A DNA stretch of 62,079 nt, counting the filler, from Choristocarpus tenellus KU-1152 (lineage: Eukaryota; Protista; Phaeophyceae): assembly GCA_964200185.2 (NCBI GenBank). It is 11 parts of 11 records of this genome, joined end to end, with 100 filler letters (N's around TTAATTAATTAA, not from the genome) between each part and the next. Parts side by side here need not be neighbours in the genome. Positions count along the whole stretch, not along the records: positions 50,257 to 54,231 come from CAXNAD020016836.1; positions 54,332 to 58,500 come from CAXNAD020015869.1; positions 58,601 to 62,079 come from CAXNAD020019756.1; 8 more parts are not named here. The stretch is one strand, 5' to 3'. Each line of letters opens with the position of its first letter. The stretch's first letter is position 1. A program made the translations under genes and the position numbers. The notes below the pieces were generated by a model. It saw only the letters and a program-made list of their open reading frames with translations, was not told where the DNA came from and ran no database searches. Shown here piece by piece: positions 52,839-62,079 of the stretch.

Positions 52839-55129
52839 TTGTTTTCTTTCTTCCTTGTGTTACTTCTTTTCCACACAAGTTATCACTTGCATAGCACGTG
52901 CTGATTCTTACTTTTTGCTCGACTGGCATTATACCCTGTAAGATATCCTGTTCACTCTGCAACACGTATAAGACACACGCCAGGATGCCATAAAAACAGA
53001 GTTAAAACCATCCTTCGAAATGCTTCTCAGCCAAGGTGACAACCCTCTTCACAGAATATTAATTTCTTCATTTGGGCGTCTCAATGAATGACCACATAAT
53101 AGGCTCTATCAATCATGGTCTGCTCTAAGTAAAAAAAAAAAACATGCCACAGACGTACCAGTACACATTGCACTTCATCCAAAGTCTGATTGAGTAAAAC
53201 ATCCCTTCAGACGCACCAGAACGAACCCGCAGGTGTCTTGTTTCACTATGGCACACATTTATTTCTAAACGTGTTAATCACTAAACGTGTTAATCACAGC
53301 ACAACCAAACCCACTTTCACACCGAACATCTTCTGATTGAGTAAAACATGGCATCAGACCTACCAGAACAAATTCATTAGTGTTTTGTTGCCCTATGATC
53401 CTCCTCGTAACAAACCAGACACATTACAACAATGCTCAACTCATACGAAATCAGGTTCAACAAAATCAACCAAAAGAGTGAACATATCGGATCAATTTCC
53501 TCGGAAAAAACGGGAAACGAGAGAGAGGCATAAGACACAAGAGACAAGGCCGACATAAGAAGAAAAGAGAACAACGGAAGCCAAAGAGAACAATGTCATA
53601 TTCAAACATAAATGCACGTTTTCCTCTCATTCTGAACTTGACATCTTCTATAGGAGGAGCCCAGCAATGATTTACGACATATAGATAATACGGAGAAGAT
53701 CGAAGGAAAAATACTTGGCACGGAAACGGCAGGCAGGACAGGGGATAAGCATATAGGTGTTTTGGTCCCCCTTTGTAGTAACATAGGGATAGTATGAGTA
53801 TATAGAAGGAACTATGCCTTGCGTCAAGGTACCCTGAGGAGGAGTCCACCAAGGACACTCTTTCTAGTATGAAGGTGGTCATGGGACCTGACACAACATG
53901 AGAACGGAGGAAAGGGGTGGCTATATTTTTGGCATTTGGGTTCTTTGCAAACATCGGGAGATAAAGGGAGGAAATAGGGCAATACAGTACCTACCCCGAT
54001 TTTATGCCAACTATTATGTACCAAATTCCATTTTATACCGCTTTTTCGACATGCTCAAAAATAGGATTTTGTATCGGAATTCTCGTAGTCGGGCGATTTG
54101 GCACAGAATCGGGGAGATATTCACGCGAGGTTGTCGCGCGCGTAAAAATTTCTCTCGAAAAGTGCCTTTCTTCCTGAGTCATGACCACACAGCAGTACAG
54201 TACGTTGCTGGTAGGGGAATAAAGTGGAAGCNNNNNNNNNNNNNNNNNNNNNNNNNNNNNNNNNNNNNNNNNNNNTTAATTAATTAANNNNNNNNNNNNN
54301 NNNNNNNNNNNNNNNNNNNNNNNNNNNNNNNGAATGAATAATAAACAAATTCCACATATAATCCGGATGTACTATCTCATTAGTTACATCACATGGATTC
54401 AATTCAACACAATAATCTCATATACATAAAAAAAAAAATACACTTTACTATTGTCCTAATTTGCACAGAGTTCACTTAGTCTACTTCAACTGAACTGGAC
54501 AACCTACCCTCCCACAGCCTTTTTTGGTCCCGGTGTATTATAGGCGAATAGCGTAAGTATTACTTCCCGTGCTCTAACCAGCATGAGCAGTGTACACGCA
54601 CGTGGAACCCCCAAAAAGGGAACTCCGATTTGCTAAAAGTTGCAGAGGTAGATCTATAACTTGAGAATGTATCCAACAGTTTTCAGATGTATTATAATGT
54701 CTGTAAACTGGAATGAAAAAATGATGATAAAGAAACCCTCACCTCTCGTATTTCTGATGATCTATTCCGCATACGTGCTTATTGACTCAGAAGTATACCT
54801 TCATATGCTGACCTGATATCCACCATCCTCATTGGACCTTTTGACTGTAGGAGTATCCCAGGACTCCTGTACAAGCATCGGTGCCATCTATATGGCTTGT
54901 GGATTGGCGCTATACATCCCACGGAGGTAAGCTTTGGAGCGTGCTGTAACAGGTGTGCTCTACCTCGAAATCGTTCCCCCCCAGTCCCCTTAATACCTGA
55001 ATGTACCTCTTGAACATAATCTGCCAAACTCTCTTCAGCATGTCTGCGTCGTATGCGTGGATCATGCTTGAAACCCCCCCTACAAGTTCATCAACACTGC
55101 CGTAATGCTCCGCCCAAACCCTGCTCTTC

Positions 55130-56413
55130 AGAGATTAAAAATATATATATATCGATGTTGAAATCCAACAACTGCGCTAACTGCATCACAAGTTTAATGT
55201 TCCATCCCTTCTCCATCCCTGCTGTGTTCAGCTTCTGCACCGTGCCCTTGCCTGTATGCAGGGTTGCGCTGTCCTGCTGTATGGTGATCCTCCTCAATTT
55301 CAGCCACGGCATTTTTCCTTGATCGCTGGCAACAGTTGCTCTGTGTACCACTCCAGGTACCACTCACTGGGTGTTGACGGCGACATTGACCTTTTGTACT
55401 CCTCACACTTTGTGTGCCGTGCTGTAGTCCATTGTGCCTCCTTTGTGACGCAAACCTGGCAGATCCCGATCTTGCCATCGAACTCATGGAAAGATCCGGG
55501 CGTGAAACAGCGGAGATGAACATCACTTTGGGAATGTGACTCTTGTGCTGCACCTTCGTCAATCTCAAATTTTCCTCCCCCGGAAACATGCACATCATCT
55601 CTCGTTCGCAGATGAGGTAGAACCACGCCTTGTCAATGATGGTGTTTAGCCCAGTCCTGTAGGTTTTGTGTTGTGGGAGATCTGGTCGAGGATGAAGTCC
55701 ACCCTGTTCTTCTTGCGAGAAAACGAAAGACAGGAGTGGTGTACCGCTGAACCTTCATTGACCCCATGGCAAATTTGAGCTGCCGACTGTGAGGCCCGCT
55801 TCAGTGAGCTTGGTGGAATGTTGGTCGATAGCCAGCGTGCGATTATTGGTGTTGATTTCCTGGATCTTTGCTTATTTCGTTGGCATGAAGTCCAAAGGCC
55901 GTCCAGATCGTGGTTGTGGTTTCAGGGAGACAATATTCCCCCTGCCTAACTTTTCTTTGACGCGCGCCCCCACCCGTCTAGGGTGTCTCTCTCCCACTCC
56001 AAACTCTTTCGCCAATCTAGACCCCACACCCTTCAGGAGCTTCTCATGACTCAGAGGAAGAGCCAATACATAAAGTAGAGCAAGTGCGGTTCGACCTTCC
56101 TCGGTTAGCTCACAGTTCTTTCCCCGAGGTGGTGGGCTTTGTGCCGAGGACGATGGGCTGTGGGGACTCGCCATGGGGGTTGTGAGAGTGTTACGTAGAA
56201 AATCGCTGCAGCAGGAGGAACATTAAGAAATTATAAGAAAAAGACTCATTCTGTGTTCCTTTCTTTCGGAACTATTTTGTTTTGGTAAAATTCTTTGAAA
56301 TTTAGTTTATCAATGTAAAATATTCTAAGGAATCCAACTCAGAGTCTGTTTTGTAATCGGAGTGTTCCCGAAGAGCTACAACTTAACGACCCAGACTTAT
56401 GGGACAGAGGGAG
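55130..56413 (-). mobile_element. Degenerate Tc1/mariner transposon, plant-type (DD39D-like) transposase pseudogene with Stowaway-type TIR
   Basis: Fragments: N-terminal HTH-like ORF 56174-55872 ending RSGRP, then NTIIDKAWFYL, VQHKSHIPKVMFISAVSRP, FDGKIGI, IKEKMPW..ITIQQDSATLH..QLAQLLDFNID. The terminus reads TA|CTCCCTCTGTCCCATAAG on the - strand (TA at 56414-56415). Second TIR not found. Confidence 0.88.
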
Positions 56414-56758
56414 TACATCATATATGCTTCCATACGTAGTTAAGCATGTGAGGGGAGTGCTCGGCAAATGGTGGGTTTGGTGGTACTTGATGAGAGCAAC
56501 CCTCATAGTACTTTCTGAACATTGGCAGGTACAACCACATCCAAAAATACCCCAGTAGTTTCATCCATCAGTACATCGGCACCTCCATTTCCAGGAACAA
56601 CAAGGCCTCCCTCGTGAGTTAGTCGCCGCAAGAGGGGTATGATTAACAGATTACGACAGTTGAAAGATCAAACGGGCCTAAGTTTCGCGTGGATAATCCC
56701 ATTACGATCGTGTCCGTACCCATCTTTTTGAGCAGGGTGTGTTGTAATGGCAGATCGA

Positions 56759-56930
56759 GACCCAAAGTATCTGGGGGGCTGTATACACCAGGGTGTCCAT
56801 TCGGACCCTGACCAGGAGAAGTGCACTTACATTATCCATTTGACGCATACAACCAAATAACCCAAAAATCGCGACATGAAATATTGACCCCAAATGGACA
56901 GCCGCCACCCCCCTCCAGATACTTTGAACC
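56759..56930 (+). mobile_element. MITE family A, complete ~170-bp copy
   Basis: CCCAAAGTATCTGGGGGG...CCCTCCAGATACTTTGAACC with inverted termini. Confidence 0.85.
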
Positions 56931-58334
56931 CGAGCGTGGACTTGTGCGAGCATCGTGGGATAAACCACTACAATGACGGTGTGGTCCATGGATAACAACC
57001 GTTCAAATTTCATGTTAAGGCCTACCCTTCAAGAGAAATCCTCGGATGGTGACCACCCCACCTTATCTTGCCAGACACCTGAGTGGCTATTAAATGTCGT
57101 TGCTATGATAAACACTCCCCCCAAGAGAGCGATGCATGTTGTGCAATCCTAGTAAAAAAATAGTTTGATGTACCTACATAGTCTATCAATAGCAAGAATC
57201 ATAGGCCCTGAAGTCCTAACGAAACCCTAACTTCGGCATCCGCCAATCAGACTTGTGTGGAGCATCATGGTGATCATGCTTAGTGATGGTGGTTGTGTTA
57301 CAAAATGCTCAGAGTCTCGGTAGAACCTCCATGTTACAAAACGCCCTTGTAAGCTTGCCATGATGGGATATGTAGCTCCAATCCACAAGGCTATATGTGG
57401 ACCATGAAGCTCGTAGAAGACTCGATATTGTAACTGTTGTCAAATATGCTCGATCTCTCACTTCGATTATTCATTTCATAGATATCATTGGGGCATAAAA
57501 ATAGGACTGAATAACCACTCGTTCAAAGTTTGTGGCCTCATAATTGGCTAAATAATAAATGGATAGTTAAATATAAATACATAAAATCTAGGTCTTGAAG
57601 GTCATATTGAAATTGTGAAACCGTTATCAAGACATATCGCCTGTATCGTTTGCTTCATTGTTTGTTCTATTATGATGCGGCAGTCTATAGACCTTAACAC
57701 TCGATGGGTGATATTCTTGCTCCCGAATATATAGGATAGTAGTGGTAGTAGCTCACCATCTCAAGTAAACCTGCACATAGTCGTACTTCAGAGCAGATAC
57801 TATCGTCAGACATCATCACCACCCCTCTCCTCCTACCGGCATACAGTCCAACCATTTTGTCAAGCGTAAGTGGAATGATCTATGAAGGTCACTTTGTACA
57901 TAACGTTCCATTTGTAATCAAACCCCACTATTTATATACACAGTACTACATTAGATAAGTTATATGTGTAGAGTACTTGCTGGATGAACAGGTATTGATA
58001 TAAGTTGCCACCATTGAGAGGCACAGTCCTCCTCCCTGGCACAGTCTCGCCCCCTTGTCACATAACCATGAAAGGCATTCCCTTGGGGAAAGTTTCCCCC
58101 CTACACAGCTCCCCCTGTTCCCCAGGCACATACCCGTCCCCTGTCTGTGGTCAGAACCTCTTTTTTTTCAGAGTCTGCCCTGTTGTTCCCGTGCCAGTAC
58201 CATCACAAAGCCTCAACATGAGCATCCGTACCCTCCTCTGAGTGTGAAATAGCTGTAGCACCAACCTCGTGCTGGTCCCAGAAGGATCACAGTGATAGTA
58301 GCTCATTATTCTGGTCTTGTCATGATCGATGAAT

Positions 58335-58622
58335 GGTTCAAAGTATCTGGAGGGGGGTGGCGGCTGTCCATTTGGGTTCAATTTTTTCATGCCGCGATTT
58401 TTGGGTGATTTGGTTGCATACATTGGATGGATAATGTAAGTGCAATTTTCCTGGTTTGGACCCAAATGGACACCCTGGTGTAGACAGCCCCCCCTCCCCC
58501 NNNNNNNNNNNNNNNNNNNNNNNNNNNNNNNNNNNNNNNNNNNNTTAATTAATTAANNNNNNNNNNNNNNNNNNNNNNNNNNNNNNNNNNNNNNNNNNNN
58601 CCCCCCCCAGATACTTTGACAC
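58335..58622 (-). mobile_element. MITE family A copy apparently spanning the gap
   Basis: Reverse-orientation body at 58335-58500 ends in poly-C at the gap. After the gap come poly-C and the missing TIR CAGATACTTTGACAC. Confidence 0.7.
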
Positions 58623-58901
58623 CGTAGAAATCTCTCTCTCTCTATATATATATATTTATATGTATTTATTTTTTTAAAATATGTTTTTAACCTTACTGTG
58701 TGGATGGTTTACGACGGGGAATAGTTTTCCGCTGTATTGGGACGGCGATTTATGTGAATTTTTTTATTGTTCGTTACAGATAGGAGGTTGACCTGGCGTG
58801 TGTATGAAGTGACCCCCCCTTGCGATTGATGAATTGTTCCACTATCATTTTTATTTTATTTCCTCTGCTCACGTCGGGTTGTACTTTTTTGTTTATTGGT
58901 C

Positions 58902-59093
58902 GGGTTAGGGTGAGGGTTAGGTTGAGGGTTAGGGACTGTAGCTTTTTCTTTTTTTCTGTGTGGTGTAGTTGTATGTACGTGTAGGATTAGTATTTGGAAG
59001 GCGTTTTGTTAAGTGGAGTGTTGTAATGTGGAGTGTAGTGAGAGTAGTGAGCGCTAGTGGATGTGTGTTAGGGTTAGGGTTAGGGTTAGGGTT
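58902..59093 (+). repeat. Short interstitial telomere-like TTAGGG repeats
   Basis: Degenerate units at 58902-58934 and (TTAGGG)4 at 59068-59091. Confidence 0.7.
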
Positions 59094-59290
59094 GGTGTGT
59101 GTTGCACAAACCACATTTACACTTTTTGTTTTTAAGTTTGGTGAGTGGATGTTTTGCCTGTTAGGGAGTTTGTAGTTCTAAAAGTTGTAAGAATGTCTAG
59201 GTGTATATTTTTTTTTTGAAGAATTTTTGAAGAGTTTTTTGTTTAATGTAGGGGATATGTTTGTTTTTTATTTACATTTTTTTTTAGTGT

Positions 59291-59446
59291 TTGATGTATT
59301 TATCTATTTGATACGTCTATTTGATGTATCTATTTGATATCTCTCTCTATTTGATATATTTATCTCTGTTTGATACATCTATCTGATATATTTATCTCTG
59401 TTTGATACATCTATTTGATATATTTATCTCTATTTGATATATCTAT
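59291..59446. repeat. Degenerate tandem repeat of (TATCTATTTGAT)-like units
   Basis: Recurring atctatttgata/atctctgtttgata motifs. Confidence 0.7.
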
Positions 59447-60138
59447 TCTTTTGCGTTGCTATGCTGTTCCCATTGGATGTAGAGCAGGTAGATGACTGTT
59501 CTCTCCTGTTGAAGATGTGATGGTTTTGAGTTGAGAAGTAATGCATCCAGTGTTTTTTTGTTTTACAGACCTGTTCTAACACCTCTTCCTTTCCCAGCCC
59601 CCCATGTTGAGATTGGGATTGGAAGAGGTGCTAATGTAGTTTCAAATGCCTGAATGGATGCTTTTCTTTAATGTATTTATGTATTGTTTACTTTATTTTT
59701 TGATTTGTCTGCGACGTGAGAAGGTCTGGGCTTAGAGTAGAGGGTCAAGATATTGTTTTTGTTATTTTTATCTATTTTTGTTGCTTTACCAATAAAGAGG
59801 TTCAATAGACAGGTTCAATATACTGGTTTTTGTGTTTTTCTTTGTTTGCCTGTTGGTCTGTTCCATATATACAGTGTAAATGAGCTGGCTCTATTGGCAG
59901 TGTGTGAAGAGTAGAAGTTTTCTTTTTAGGGGGTGGGTCAGTCAGTCAGTCAGTCAGGCAGGCGATTGATACATCCTGCTGATGCTATGTTGATATGGGA
60001 AACCGATGGAGATGATCAGTTGTCGAATTGTTTAGGGGTAGATCAACATGTCTGATGTTTGTTCAGTCATTACATGGTTGGGTTTTTGCTCATTGTCTCA
60101 TCATCTTGTTTGCATTATGTACCATTTTTTTTTTTCAG

Positions 60139-60253
60139 GTTCAAACGCCTGACCAATAGCATGACCGATCTCTCATGGCCTGACAATCCTGGGATATGGG
60201 TGGGTGATGATGGGGTTGAATATGATGTCACCATCTCTCTGGAATTTGAACAG
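60139..60253 (+). CDS. Isolated putative exon of an unidentified gene
   Basis: poly-T-CAG acceptor and AG|GTAAA donor. ATG at 60161 gives MTDLSWPDNPGIWVGDDGVEYDVTISLEFEQ. Confidence 0.35.
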
Positions 60254-60890
60254 GTAAAACAAGATTTAATTTAAAAAAAAAGAGACCTTGGAAGGAGGAG
60301 TGAGAGTGGCTGTGGAGAGAGGAGTGGTCTTTTTTTGATTTTTAAATATTTTTTGGCAATGAATTGAAAAACTAAAAAAAACTGGGAAGAAGTAAAAGGG
60401 ACTGAGTGAAGAGAGGAGTTGTCTTTTTATATTGTTTGGTACAGAAGTGTTTTTTTTTAATTGTTCCCAATATTTATGTATGTATTTAAAGCATGATGGT
60501 GGTGAGTAACCTCTCTCCCTCTATAGTTAGTTCGAAGGGTTTTGCTTGCTGGTGTTGAATGGAGTCAATGCACCCCTTGTCTTGTGTTTGCCTGGGTGTG
60601 AAGGATTCCCCCCTAGTTTGTGTTGCATGACCTGAGTTGGCGTTGACAATGAAGTAGTAGTTTTTTTAAAGGTGGTTTGATGATTCGCTTCTTTTTTGGA
60701 TTAGTTTTTGGCTTAGATGAATACATACATACATATGTATGATATTCTGACAATATGATAACGATATTCTGATGCTATGTACGTATGATATTTATGAACG
60801 AACGTATCGATTTGAACACAATAGTTTTTTATTTGTATGATTTTTTTTTTCATTGATTGAATTGCCTTGTGTTCAGTGCAGTGTACAATG

Positions 60891-61018
60891 CCAGGAAAAT
60901 TGCACTTTCATTATCCATCCAACGTATGGAACCAAATCACCCAAAAATCGCAACATGAAAAATTTAGCTCCAAATGGACAGCCACCACCCCACCCCACCC
61001 CCCCGGATACTTTGACCC
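60891..61018 (+). mobile_element. MITE family A, 5'-truncated copy
   Basis: CCAGGAAAATTGCACTTTCATTATCCAT..CCAAATGGACAGCC..GGATACTTTGACCC. Confidence 0.75.
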
Positions 61019-62079
61019 CTACCTGTCTTTTAAGTATTTAATGGTATTCAGCTGTTGACATCTGCGTGAATATTGGGGTTCACTTCTTTTTTTTTGGTAT
61101 GCCAGTGAAGGCCGTATATACGTTGTCATATGATGGAAGAGGAGTAGAGGTACAACAAAAAATCCCATATGAAACTTTGTAGTTTTTTTTTTTTGGATGA
61201 TTGGATATTTAGTTTTTTTTATAGACTCCTGCCACGGTCAGGTAGACGTGTACATTTTATATTATTATTATTATTGTTGGTATTGTCTTGTGATGATGAT
61301 GTGATGTTCACACAATACATTTTTATTTTTCATTTTATTATTTTTAAATTTTTGATGGTACAGTGAGGAGGAAATATCCAAACCGATTCTTTTTCAGATT
61401 ATTATTTTTTTTTCGCAGTGAGAGAAAGTGTGTACTATTTTTTTTATTGATTGTGACTTGTTTTTAGAGTCGAGTCGAACTCTTTGGAAGGGAGGTGCAG
61501 AGATGGGCTCATCATCATCATTGAGAGAGAGAGAGAGAGAGACAATAGCGTGCGCTGTGTGGTCTGAAGGAGGCGTTGGTCGCTGAAGGATAATTTTTTT
61601 TTCTGTGTTGAGTATTTCAAATTTTCTTTTTAAAAATTTTGGGATTGAACATGAGCAAGTTCGAGTTCTCGGGTTGGTCTCCCTTTTTTTTGTTTTTCTT
61701 CTGAGCAATATTGTGTTTGCAGTGGTTGTCCCTCTTCCTCAGTACCACCATCTTCCGTAGCAATCTCGCGTGCATGACCATTGAGTTGTTGCATTATTAT
61801 TTTTTCGGAACAATATTGATTGTTTGTGTTTTTTTTTGTGTTAGAGGGTTCCTCCCGGTGTCGTGGTCGCACACCCCCTCCCCTCCCTGCATTGCAACTA
61901 ACCTCCAAGCCCTCTGGAACGGATGCCGTTACTAGTGCTGCATTGTGTGCTTCAATCATTGGTCAATTCCATTGTGTACAATACCTCTTACTTGTAACTG
62001 ATGCCATCCTGATCCCCCTCCCCCCCCTCCCCCCCCTCTCCCCATTCCTTTTTAATCAACCCAGTGCGTCGGGCACCGG

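Noticed and set aside
58902-59093. True telomere
   Set aside because: Only a few units, internal to a contig.

Overview
Eukaryotic, intron-rich DNA, most consistent with a photosynthetic stramenopile (brown-alga-like): GT-AG introns of a few hundred bp, a bipartite plastid-targeting presequence, KRE6-type GH16, an IP3R/RyR-like channel and TTAGGG repeats. The window is 11 contigs joined by artificial 100-bp linkers (44 N + TTAATTAATTAA + 44 N), so adjacency across gaps is mostly unproven. Reconstructed spliced genes: KRE6/SKN1-like GH16 (partial, -), an AGO-clade Argonaute with intact DEDH tetrad (19 exons seen, 5' truncated, +), RRP12 (+), a mitochondrial PPR-like protein (+), the C-terminus of an IP3R/RyR-like channel (-), and a mitochondrial cyclophilin (-) head-to-head with a PsbQ-like plastid protein (+). 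Mobile DNA: a degenerate chromodomain Ty3/Gypsy lacking RT, a plant-type mariner with a Stowaway-like TIR, short LTRs with PBS/PPT, and two related MITE families with shared TIRs and 4-bp TSDs (Sola-like). I see no convincing new multi-gene system. The best leads are the MITE families, the channel, the bidirectional gene pair and the mobile-element architecture. Most ORFs in the supplied track are spurious.
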